A stretch of DNA of 61,252 nucleotides, counting the filler, from Porpidia crustulata (Eukaryota): NCBI GenBank assembly GCA_964255105.1. It is 7 parts of 7 records of this genome, joined end to end, with 100 filler letters (N's around TTAATTAATTAA, not from the genome) between each part and the next. Parts side by side here need not be neighbours in the genome. Positions count along the whole stretch, not along the records: positions 35,081 to 43,740 come from CAXUWE010001075.1; positions 43,841 to 52,496 come from CAXUWE010001076.1; 5 more parts are not named here. One strand, written 5' to 3'. Below, piece by piece: positions 38,742-50,460 of this stretch. A model generated the notes under the pieces. It ran no database searches. It was not told the origin of the DNA and saw only the letters and a program-made list of their open reading frames with translations. The translations under genes and the position numbers were made by a program. Within the stretch, counting starts at the first letter, position 1. Each line of letters opens with the position of its first letter.

Positions 38742-39741
38742 CTTTATGAACGACTGCTTCTCTCTTCAAAAATGATTTATCAGGGTGACATGGCTGGTGG
38801 TTAAGACTACTGTAATTACAACGATTCGTGGCCTCATACCTCTACAGAATAATGTGTATTTCAAATTTAGCGTCTGGAATCTTACACCAGTCCCATCTCT
38901 ACCTAGTATTCAAGTGGCACGACTTAGCCCAGATCGGCCCGGGGCAGCTACTCTAGTGTGCGGCCCGGGGTCTAGGGGCCGTGGGGCCTAGATAAGGAGA
39001 CGGGAGATCGGGTGGTGCCACCCTTTTCAAGATTATTAGAAACAACCAGCACCGCCCTCAGGCCTTGATGATGAACGCCCTGTTGCTTGCCTCTCCTGAA
39101 GCCAAGTCCTCCAGGTTCAGACGCCAAGATGACCATGACTGAGGCACATTTTACCTCAACCCAACCTGAACACAATATCGGTCCCCTGGCATGGGTGAAA
39201 CAGGAAGATCGTTCTCCCCCAAGAGGCTCAAGCCACTTATGATGTGGACGAAGCAGATACCTTACTGTGATCTCGACACCCGTCTGCAGAAGGAGCGACG
39301 CTAAGGCTAACCTGAGACCACAGATGATCCACCAGCGAGCACTGATCAGACGCCCAGCCTGACAGCCGTCTGCCCCGCTTTGCGAAGGCCCCCAATCCTG
39401 CATAAAGGTTCTGCAAATGGCGAAAGACTGGCATTGATTGTTGCTGTAAAACGTGATTCTTTAACTCTAATCCTCGTACTCATATGGCAGGCTAGTGGCT
39501 TCAGTGAACTACGAGAGGTTCTAGGCCGTCGAGTATGTTCGGCCTGTGCTCGTATGTCTATTACTGAAAGAGACGTTTGGACCATATCGATTCATTCTTC
39601 GCTAGTCGAAGTTCGGTTCGTTAATCGTATACCGTTGCAAGCCGAGTCTCTACTACGAACGTCGTGGGGTTTCAGAAATTCCTCGAAAGCAGAAGATCTA
39701 TTTGAGGCGCCATAAGACATCCCGATTTCAGTATATTCACC

Positions 39742-42097
39742 ATGAACGGATTTTCAAGCCCAGCATCGAACGAGCCTTCCGATAAAGAGCTCACTCTTGA
39801 CAATCTTATCAAAAATAACATTAGGATTTCAGAAAATTCTACTCGGTTTATGGTGAACGATGTTGCATCTTTCGCGGCTGACCTGCTCGATTTCAGACAA
39901 ATTATCACCGTGGATGATGTCGAGCAGCTTTCGCGCCACGAGGTAAGAGGCAAACCACTCCAAACCATAGGAAACCGCCCTCAAAGACGCTTAGATCCCG
40001 GATTCTAGCCTTTTAGATGCTGGTAGCGAGAAAAGCCGTCAACGATTTGTTCATGCCCGTGTGATCAGTGATGAAGCCAGTGATATGAAGAAGGGAGACG
40101 AAGATCTATGGGTGGCTTTTATTAAACAAAAGGTTTTTGGTGGCTGGGGTAGTTCAAAAAATCCCAAGCGACCCATCGATTACTTCTGTCTAACAGGAGG
40201 CATTGCCATGTGATTGCTCCTAATCCGACAGTGGACTCTTATTAATGACTACTAGGAATGGTCCTTCGGTGCTATGGAAGGAAGCTGCTCGCCACAGGCA
40301 CTCTCCAGCAAAAGATATCCTTACTGCGCCAAAGCCTGATATCTACTTTGCTATACAAATATATGAAAGCCTGCCGGCGCCCTCGGGGTTCTTGAATCGA
40401 GCCCTCCAAAATTTCACCTTCGACTTCTTAAATTCTCATCAGGATCTTCACTACAGTCCATCAAAAAATTGCAGTCAACCTACAGGCGACTACCACAAGC
40501 ATCAAGTCTGCTTTCCGGTTGCCATCGTTGAAATCAAGCATGAAAGCGCCAGCAGTACAGAGATACGGCACTGTTATTGTCAAGCAGCAGATGCAGCTTC
40601 TTCGGCGCTCGCTATGCTGTGTAGTCTGAATCAACACAACCCAAGGGCACGACATTGGCATGCAGACCAACACGAAATATCGCCAATCGTGACTTTCACA
40701 TTCATTGGATACAACGTCAAAGTATGGCTGGCGTACGTTTCCAATTTCGCGTGCGCTGAGGACGAAGAACATATGCATAATTACGTTAGCCATCTTAAAG
40801 TATCAGAAACCTTCGAACGCAACACTAATTATTTATAGCACATGCAATGCATTTGGAGTGGTGATATACGTAAAGTCTGGGACGCAGCTCAATTACGTAG
40901 CATTGTTGATAAAGTCGCAGAATGGTTTTTCTACATTTATCGACCCTGGATATCGACATGTCTGGAGCAATGGAAGGCCCCACAGGTTGAGACACGTCTC
41001 AAGACGGTGCATGAACTATACAAAAATTCCAGGAGGCTATCGCAAGTCGACATAGGATCAACTGCAAGCAATAAAGGTGATGGCGTAGCCCGAATTTCAG
41101 CAGAGTCTTTAACGCCATCTTCTCTATTTTACAGAAAACCAGTGAAGGAGACACCGCCTTCGTTGTTTGGCGGCTCTTACCCTGGGTCTAGAAGTATTGA
41201 AGCTACTTCAGACTCTTCTGTGTTTGGATTGGGGCAAGCCAGAAGTAGAGGGCAACTGTCGGAAATCAATCATAGGAGTAGATCAGACTTTGAATCCATC
41301 GACAGACCATCTGATTTTAACCCTTTCCGCCCAAGAAATTCCAAAATTGGAGAGAGGACACCGACTGAAGGAAGCACCGATTCGCCTACTTCTAAAGCCA
41401 AGGACAGGCCATCTTCCAGAAACAATGAAAGACTGTCTACTGGAAGCTTTGGCTTATCTACATCCCAAAGTAATGATAGACCGCATACTGGAGGTGCTTT
41501 CGGTTCGACGCCTTCCAAAAGCGATGGAAGACCGCATACTGGAGGTGTTTTCGGTTCGACGCCTTCCAAAAGCGATGGAAGACTGTCTCCTAGCAGTCTT
41601 TTCCGCCCCTCTTCCGGGAGTCTCTTTGGTGCGCCTGTATCTAACAACAATACAAGACCATCTACTAGAATTTTTGGTTCATCTGCATCCAACAACAATG
41701 ATAAGCAACATACTGGAGGTCTTTTCGATTCGATGCCTCCCAAAAACGATGGAAGCCCGTCTCCTGGCGGACCCTTCGGCGCCCCTTTTTCTAAGGGTCT
41801 TTCAAATTCGTCTCTATTCAACAGTGATGTAATCCATCTACTACAACTTTCAGCTCGCCTGCTTCCAACCAGAAGGAAAGCCCATTTACCAACGGTTCCG
41901 TTTCGCCTTCTTCCGCGAATGAGGAACGACCGTCTCCATCAAACAGTATACGTTCCGCTTCAACCTCTTCCGAAGATATTGAACGGCCATCTTCCGGTGA
42001 TGCATCTGGCTCGATTCCTTCTGAAAACGAGGAACCGTTCTATCGTTCTAGCGCATCTTCCATCGGAAGAGACAAATATGAGAAACCCCGGCAGTGA
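39742..42097 (+). CDS. Hypothetical multi-exon protein: PD-(D/E)xK nuclease-like domain plus a Ser/Pro-rich FG-repeat C-terminal tail (probable frameshift near 41830)
   Basis: Exons from ATG 39742; core PKPDIYFAI...FPVAIVEIKH...CYCQAADAASSAL...IVTFTFIG..VKVW...MQCIWSGD...IVDKVAEW...RPWI; the tail carries 8 FG dipeptides. Confidence 0.7.
41478..41583 (+). repeat. Coding 51-bp tandem repeat (RPHTGG[A/V]FGSTPSKSDG x2) inside a longer degenerate array (~41430-41790)
   Basis: AGACCGCATACTGGAGGTG[C/T]TTTCGGTTCGACGCCTTCCAAAAGCGATGGA occurs twice with one mismatch; a diverged copy lies at ~41706-41757. Confidence 0.93.
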
Positions 42098-43439
42098 GGC
42101 AGCGAGAGCCGGGTATTACTATCGATGACCCTAGCTTTCTATCTCTTGTCTAATCCGTCAAGCTAGTATTGAAGCGGGGAGACCGGCTTGACCTGTTTCA
42201 CTTTAGCTGATTGAAAACAAGGCGGTATGCCGATAGCCGCCCTCGTTGGCAAGCGTCGCCACTCTTAATCTGTAGAGGGTATTTCCAAGTCAGAAAATAT
42301 TTCGAATACCTCCGAGCATAGTGTCAAACTATTCCGAACAGGTTGTTTCCATACTTACTGTGCTCCCCACTATCACATTTAGGCGTACAATATCACGGAA
42401 TTTCCACCACAGCTAAAATAGAGAAAGGCACTGACATAGTGGCATGGCTAACGTGTGGTGGGATATATTTTGGAGTACTTGGTTCTCCTAATCTAACAAA
42501 AAGTCCAAGGCAGAAAAGCTAGAACAGAACTTCTCGTTACATCGCACGGCTGGTCGGATCTCACCCCTCCATTAGTCTAACCTACACCCAATAGGTCTCC
42601 TGTGAGGGGTGATTAGGGGATTTAGAGAACCGACCCAGTGAGCTGGGTAAATAACGTTCGGATTGAGCTCTTCGTTATTGAGGCAAGCGTCTACCATTAA
42701 CGAACAGTTTAGAAATATGTAATCTAGAGAGTTGGACGCTTCCAATACCCTACCTTGCGGCCGTCCCTGGGAAATTTCTCCAGATCCATAAAATCCCTTC
42801 GATAATAGCTTCCGTCTCTACAGTCAGTCTCAGCTCCTGGAAAAGTGGACTTTGTCGAGACGTAATTCAATCATATCATGTTAGTAATAAGGCACGGTGA
42901 AATCGGTCGGTCGGGAGGCAAAATCGAGCTGTCTGAAGCCACGCAGGCCTTTCTTGAAAGGACTCAGAAACAAGAAACTTGCCTCTATGTCCCTTTGAAT
43001 TAATGTCACACGACTCGGAAATGCTGCGTTTCCTGCCTGCCTGTCGCGTATGCTGCTAGTGCTGCCGTTTTCTCTCACGGGATACACACGATTTCCAAGC
43101 CCGACTCGGCATCAAGCTCAGCACTCGGCCATCACCCAGCCCTGAAGCAAGTAAATCCCTCTGACCCTGAATCTGGGCATAAATCTATTGATGGAGGGGC
43201 TTGGATTAATCCACGCGACATCACTGCGCTCGAATTTGATGCGCGAAGGCCGCCTTTACAACAACAACAATGTATGTCTTTTCACAGCTTCACATCGAGT
43301 CACTCCGAACAGTTGATATTGCAATTTGATGTATATCATATTTTTCACCATCCGCTATACATCTTCTCCACTAGTGGTGGTTGCTCGACTCTCTGCTGAC
43401 GAGGCTATCCAGGTCAGCGAGATTGGGCAAGCCAATACT

Positions 43440-43620
43440 CGCTTGGCAAGCGACCAAGGTGAGCTAGCTGGCTCCAACATGGCATTGGTGACACTCGGCT
43501 GCGGGCTTCTAGGGCAAGCTGTCCTGACCATACGGGTACTATGTACGACAGAAGTGCCAACTTGGGGCTCACGCCCCATCGACGCAGCTCTTATGCAGTG
43601 TCGACAAGGTACTAGTGGGC
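43440..43620 (+). pseudogene. Fragment of a fungal hypothetical membrane-protein gene
   Basis: ALVTLGCGLLGQAVLTIRVLCTTEVPTWGSRPIDAA recalls a recurrent fungal motif (L.LG..LL.QA.I...L....IPTWSSNPL); no complete gene is visible. Confidence 0.3.
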
Positions 43621-43740
43621 AGCAGACCCGGATAACGTACAGTGTGAAGACGTCTATCGTCCAACGTCTCCTTCCTGCTCCACTCCTCCCTGCTCCACTC
43701 CTCCGCAGACCATCTTGCCCCCACCCTTACCCTCCATAAT

Positions 43741-43840
43741 NNNNNNNNNNNNNNNNNNNNNNNNNNNNNNNNNNNNNNNNNNNNTTAATTAATTAANNNN
43801 NNNNNNNNNNNNNNNNNNNNNNNNNNNNNNNNNNNNNNNN
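43741..43840. other. Artificial contig linker N44-TTAATTAATTAA-N44
   Basis: Same 100-nt spacer. Confidence 0.98.
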
Positions 43841-44067
43841 GGAGCATTGGAGGCAGACATGTTCGATGACGTCGGGTATGAGGGTTTGCACAGCTAGGAA
43901 GGAGTGCCTCATGTGCTGCTGTAAGCGTGTGCTGGGGGGATGGCTTTGGGTTCGAAAGCCTTTTTGGATAAAAAACGGCCGATGTGAATTGATTGTACAA
44001 GTATGCTCTATACCCATTTCGCGCTCCAGATGAACACAAGGGGCTGATTGATTCTCGACCGCAAATC

Positions 44068-45904
44068 TCACTCACCCCGCAGGAGTATCATCCTTCGCAC
44101 CACATCCACCCAACCACTCCGAATCCGGCAACACACAACCAACGCCACCTGACTCCTGCAATCCCAAATCTTCCGCACCACCAACCCCGCCCGCTCGACA
44201 ATCTCCTCGAACTCCGCCGGCGTGCGCTCGATACCGTTGATAATGGCCATCGTCGTCAGATCGCGCTGATGCGACCACTGCGCAAAACACCCATAGTTCG
44301 CCGGGAGCGGGTCCGGGGCCGGTGCGATCTGTGCGCAGCCGAGCGTGGTGTTCATGACTTGGTCGCAGATCAGCAGGCGCGAGGTCCGGCTCATGCTGAC
44401 GCAGGCCGCGGCCAGGATCCGGACGCAGTATTCGTCCGTCCAGTCGTGTCTGGTGGATCGAAAAAGATGTTAGTGGGCTTGCGGATAGGGTGGCATTAAA
44501 CCCACCGTCGTTGCCCGAGCCGAGCGTGCCGGAAATATATGCAGCAAACTTACATGATGTAGCGAAGCCAATAGACGTCGGCTCCTTGCACCGGATTTGG
44601 CTCGAAGAAGTCATGCGGCATGAAGGAGACGAGACCGTTCTCCAGGGCAGCTGGGCTCTCCTTGGGTCAAACGGCATGCTTCGCCTGTTCCAGGACAGGC
44701 GCACGGTCTTGCACCACGAATCTGAGCTTCGGGTAAAGCTGCGACAGCTGCAGGCAAAATCCACCTAAAGCACATAAGCCCCAGAAGTAGAAGCATGAGG
44801 TAGAGTTGAGCGTTGAACTCACCAACCACGCCTCCGACATCAACGACCAGTCCATCTCCGAGATCCTTCCAATGGAAATCTGTATCAGGTCAACCTTGTA
44901 GTGCTACGGCCTACCTTCAACGACGGCGATGTGCGAGCCCAAGGAGTTCTCACCATACAAATGAGCCGTCCCCGTAACGCGTCCTCCTCCCAGTATCGCG
45001 AGTCCAAAGGTCGCATGCTCCGGCCTGGGCACGAGTCCTGCAGGATCCTGCTCTTTCAAAGCGGTCTCGAAGTCGGGTCCGAAAGGCCCCGGATAACCTG
45101 TCCCGCAGGACTGCTGCAGGGCTTCGACCGGCACTTTTCTTCCAGCCATTCCCAACGAAGCTTTGTCGTGCCGACGGCGTCCTGAAAGGCGGTCTGACTG
45201 ACATCGTACGAAGAACCCTTCTTGGAGCAGTTCACAAGTGCTCTGGGGAGGTAATCGGATGCACTGTACAGATCGAAATCGCTTTATTCATCGCTAGCAT
45301 CTTGCGACGTATTGTCAGAATCAGATCTTCAGCTGAGAGAACATCTACAACAGCGCTATATATGCACGAAGAGATTCATTGTTCATCAGCGCGGCGGAAA
45401 TGACATTGTTTGCAAAGACGTTTGGCCCGACCTCTTTGAATATATGGTTCGAGCAAAGGCACCGTAGCAATCGCGCTGCATTTGGTTAAGGTCGACCTAT
45501 GTGCAAGTTGGGACAGACCAACATACAGAGCTTCCGCAACTCCACCCCAACGGAGGAGCTCAGATCATCCATGGAGATCCCGCCAGCGTCGCCGGCCAAG
45601 ATGTCGGGGATGCGCAGCGCCGCGGCGATGTGCAACGCACGCGACTCATTGTACTGCGACGACACCTCGAGCAGCCGCGCGCTCGGGGTGGCAACCAGCT
45701 CTGTGAACATGCCGGCCGCCGCTAGCAGGATCCGCTGCGCGTCAAATAGCTCCCGCGTCGCGAGGTCTTCGCTGCCGCTGACGCCGCGGGCGTGAGGGCT
45801 CGCGGGATGGGCCCAAGCTTTGATGACGTTCTTCACCGACCCTCGACGAGCTCGAGCAGCTGCAGCAATTTGTGTGCATCGGCGACCGATTTCTGGAACT
45901 GCAT
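44068..45904 (-). pseudogene. SAM-dependent O-methyltransferase (Methyltransf_2/COMT-like), multi-exon, disabled
   Basis: RLLEVSSQYNESRALHIAA, VVDVGGGV/G, FVVQDR, MPHDFFEPNPVQGADVYWLRYI, HDWTD, SRLLICDQVM, NGIERTPAEF. Lesions: frameshifts near 45838 and 45135, and an in-frame TGA at 44667-44669 (AV*PKE, W expected). Confidence 0.88.
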
Positions 45905-46492
45905 CTTTCTCGCTTGGTCGTGCCCGATCTCGAGCGGTGAGGATGTGCGTTCCAAATTATTTAAGCAAAGCCTAGGGCGAAGGACAAGGTTTTTCAGTGG
46001 ATTCGTCTGGAAGCGTAGTGCCAGCATGCGTTCCCGCAAATGGTTGATGGTATACTCGGGGAAATGTCGATACGGGGGTCAGGGTGCTTGGAAAGAGGTG
46101 TGGACCTGAGCCATCGAAGTGCTCGGGGTACAGTCAGGGGAACTGGGGACCTCCTTATGTCCAGGGATGCTGTATGCAGGGTACCAATTAGAAACCTGCT
46201 TGTGCGATCACCCTGCGTGGGACTTTGTCAGATCAGTGCCCTATTGCTCTCATTACGCGGGAGAATATCCGAATCGGGTCCGTCATGGCACTTTGTGCTT
46301 GACTAGGACAGGGGCCTTTATGTTTCTAAACATGGGGCATCTGGCTTTCGACTCTGGACAATCTGGTGCAGTTGAAACAGCATCAACGTAGCAATGGAAA
46401 AGCGCGTGAATCTGACATTGGAACATCTCTACGCTTCGAGAATCCGCAGCCGAGTCTAAAATCCTTTGAGAGAATTCCTCCTGCGCAAACCA

Positions 46493-49400
46493 TTAACGTG
46501 GAATATGTCCGCGCTGTTCCCACGACTCGATGTAACGGTTCACCAGCGTCAACCCGACACCGTCGCACGATCGCATCGTCGGCGATACTCGTCGCGACTG
46601 TTGCGTCTCCAACACCAGCCCACCGCCCGAGAGTCTGCTGAAATCGTCTTGGAAGAAATTCAACAGGGGCGTGACAAAGCCGGTGTTCACATCCGCTCGG
46701 GTCCGGCGTATCCACTCATCAAACGGAACGCGCTTCGGAAGCTGCAGCTTGTAGCCCAAATATTGAATCAATTCGGGCCAAGGCTGCCGGACAGGATTCT
46801 CCACGTGATAGAAGAGGTTCCCCGACCGTTCCGTCAAGAGAATATTCAGAACAGCCTGCGCCGCCATGTCGATCGGAAGCCAGGAGAAGCTCTGTGGGAT
46901 GTGTTAGCAACGCGCGGGGTGATGAAATCTTTTGCAACTATATGCATGATACTTAATCCTCGCAAATCGTGCAGCGCTCCAATGGCTTGGGAAGCCTGAA
47001 GGAGCACGGGAATATGCTCGGTTGGATTCCAGTAGCCGGAAATGGAAGATCCCGCGAGTTGGCCGATTCGAACAATGACAGGCTCAAAGTGATTGCTCTC
47101 AAGCTTCGCCACGTTCATTAGGATCTGCTCACACACCCACGTGGCTTCGGCATAGCCCATTGGCACTGGGCTACATGGATCTTCCACAGGCGCTCCGGCC
47201 ACCATCCTTCCCGGATAACGTCCAGCAACAGCGATAGACGATAGGAGAAGTATTTTTGGTTTCCTTGTCTGCTGCAGTGTACATGCTCTTCTGGCGAAGT
47301 CGAGAAGATTTATGACCACCCGCACCTGTGATTCGAGTGACTCTAGCCCCCGCTGGAAATCCATTGGCCAGGCGATGTAGGTAACCTGGCTACCTAATTG
47401 CTCATACACCTCCGAATCAAGTCCAATATTGGCAGCTTGAGTATCGGCTTGTAAGAACTCGATTTTCGCCCACAAATTCTCTTGGAAAATCACGCCTTGT
47501 CGGGCATTTGTAGCCATCTGGTGTTGCTTGCTGTCCGGACCAGATCGGGATTCACCCTTGCCTCTTTGCGAGTGCCGGTTGATTCAGATGATACGCTCGA
47601 TCCTTTTGTTACGAGCAAGCTTGGCCAGGATGTTCGTCCCTAAGCTCCCTGTTGAGCCTGTCAATACCACAACCAGGGCTTGTTGCTGCTCGAACGAATC
47701 CAAGTAAACAGGAGCAATCATGTATTTGTCTCTGATCGTTTCCATCTGGCGTATACGGGTGACATTGTCTCTAATATACGTGTTATTTCCGCTTTCTTTA
47801 ATTGCTCCAGCAAGCTGGGACACGCTAGGGTGACGGTAGACGAAGTCTGGCCGTGACCTGCCTGGAATAATCCCAGGAAATCTACTTATATTTGCAGCTA
47901 TACCAAGATGTCGGGATAGGCGAGTGGCTTCGAGGGAATCCATACCGAGTTCAAAGAAGTCGTCTGTAATACTCCAAGAGGCAGGCGGAACGCGGTCCTG
48001 AAAACACTTTTGCACCAGCGCTTCGAGACTTGCTTCGAGATGGTGTTCATCGAGGTACACGCGTTCTTGGTCTGCTGTCAATTTCTCCAGGTCCTCATAT
48101 GCCGCGCTTATCTCCTGAGAGAATGTCTCGTAGGCTTCTTTACGCATGATCGAGCCTTTGTCGGATCTCGGAGTCGCCTTGTGAATAGGCTTGACAAGAA
48201 TGGAATCTTGGGAGACAATTCGTGCATGGCCGTCCAAGCTCGTATTAATTTCTTGAATGATTGACCAGACCGCGTCTACGAACCATTGATGTTCATGGGA
48301 AGCAAAACGATCCTCCGGCTCCACAAGCACTCCAACTTCGTTTCGGTGTTGTCCGAATACTATTGCGGTCTTGATAAAGTCTGTACGGTTGAGGCCGGCT
48401 TCCAAAACTTGCGGTAAAACCTTCTCTCCCGTTGCTAGAATAATTACGTCATCAGTTCGTCCCAACACCCGTACTTCCTTGTGCGTGCCTGAAGGGTTGC
48501 AATCCAGTAGATCCTGAATCTCAAAAGGGTGTTCCGACCCAAACGGACGTCCCGCTAGTCTGAAAAGCCCGGTAGCTTTCCCATTCTCCTTCACTTCATT
48601 CGACTCAAGGTTTTGATAAGTACGGAGCCGAAGATAATGCCAATCATATGTCTCATCAGGGACACAAATGTAAGCAATAGCCCCGATCTCAGTGACGCCG
48701 TAATGATTGAGGAGTTTGACGCCCATTGTGGCTAAGAAATCGCCAACCAGCGGCTTCAAGGAGCCGCCACAAATTGCAATAAAGTCCAACGAAGCCAGTG
48801 CATCACGGTAGTTCTGAACTGAACTGACAGCCATGTCTTCTAGAATTGTTGGCACTGTCAGAAGCGAGCATGCTCCAGTCGTCTTCAACAGTCCGGTTAC
48901 TGGCTCCGCTGCACGTATCACAGCTGATGATGGGAGGCAACAGATTTTTCCGACTGACAGACTCAGGCATGGCGCCAGAAGACCGAAACCCTAACAGTGT
49001 TTAGTACGTACTCGCACAAGTTCTGATTCGGTAGACTCACGTGGTAGAGGGGCAAAGTGGAGACATTGAGGCGGCCGTCGGCCTCTTCAGGCTCCAAGCG
49101 GTGGCAAGCCGCGTATCCTAGCAGATATCGGTGTGTCAATGGCACCGGCTTCGGTAACCCAGTCGTGCCAGATGAATGGAGGATAAGTGAACCTGGAAGA
49201 TCCTCGAACGGTGTCTTGTACGTGAATGCCCTCTCCGGAGCAATATTGGTTTTCCTGGAGCACGACTCGATTAGGACTTGATATGGTGCCACAATCACGA
49301 TAGCAGGCGCTTTTTCCTCTTGCCCAAAGTTTCGTACAGCTTCAACTGCTGATCGCTCTGTTCTTGTCGAGCAAATGATCACTCGTGCTGAGGCTTCTGC

Positions 49401-49916
49401 GAGTAAGTGTGCTAACGCGGGAGTACTCAGGCGAGCTGAAAGTAAAACGACCTGGGTAGGACTGTAAGCGGAAAATTCAAAAGTAAGTGCTGTGATCTGT
49501 ATTGCACCAACCGGAATATTCATGTGCAGTAAAGCGCAAAGGTAGACAAATAATGTCAAGTCGCTTTCCAGAAACAGCGCGACAGCCATGCGTGTCTGAC
49601 AAGAATCAACTGCCTGCTTCGAGGTAGCTCTCAAAACGTTGATTTCAACCCATTTTATGCCCTCTTTGACAACTTCGTACAACTTGGCAAAAGAGATTCT
49701 CGTGAAGCCAGTAAAGCAACCTCTTTTCCTCTCTTCCTGCCACGCAAAACTATGCTTTGGATTAAACTCTGCATTGAATACAATAAGGTCGGGCAATGAG
49801 CGAATGGCTTTCTCTTCCGACGCAGAAGGTGGGCTCTGCAGTTTCATCGATGGCCTCAGGAAGGGCCTGTTGCCCGAGACTGATTGCGGACATGCGCCTT
49901 CTCGTAAGAATGACAC
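46493..49916 (-). pseudogene. NRPS-like A-T-R carboxylic-acid reductase (AscB/StbB-like), disabled
   Basis: SLPDLIVFNAEFNP, A domain ILHSSGTTGLPKP, NHYGVTE, GRTDDVIILATGEKV, PRSDKGS; T domain FFELGMDSL; R domain VLTGSTGSLG. Lesions: in-frame TGA at 47584-47586 (II*INR), YxxxK changed to YAEAT, residues missing before AWPMDF, and the last intron donor reads TTAAGT at 46956. Confidence 0.9.
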
Positions 49917-50460
49917 GATGGAAGAAAAGCCGTAACCAGGAGAAAAGGAGCAGGGGATATTATGAAGCAGAAGCTCCAGCTAAGGGCAAAAAGAGAAGAC
50001 TTCTAAAGAAATCTGTTCGCCTCAGCAGTTTGACTTGGGCATACGCTATGGATGAAATCAATCTAGGGTGAAATTCCGAGCTCAAAGACGGCTCCTGCGC
50101 AATGAAACTCGCCTTAGTACAGAATGGCTGGGGTCTCCGCTGGGGACCGGGTTAAAGAGCTGCGTACACTTGAGTGAAGATCCAATGTCTCCCACCGCTT
50201 ATGATATCCATAGGGACTATCGGACAAATCAGAATACGCAGGTCCCATCGCATGGTTTCTTCGGGAAACCTAGGCCACGACTGCACGTCGTAATGTAGAC
50301 CTCTACATCCTGGTATTCGCGGTGACTTTCTCGGTGAACCATCAGTCAGTCTAGGCCAATGCCACATCAGTATTCGTATAGATAGTGCAGAACGTCCGGC
50401 TCTCTGCACAAGTTGTGATTACCTAAGTATCGTACCTCAACGCATGTAACTGGCGACATA

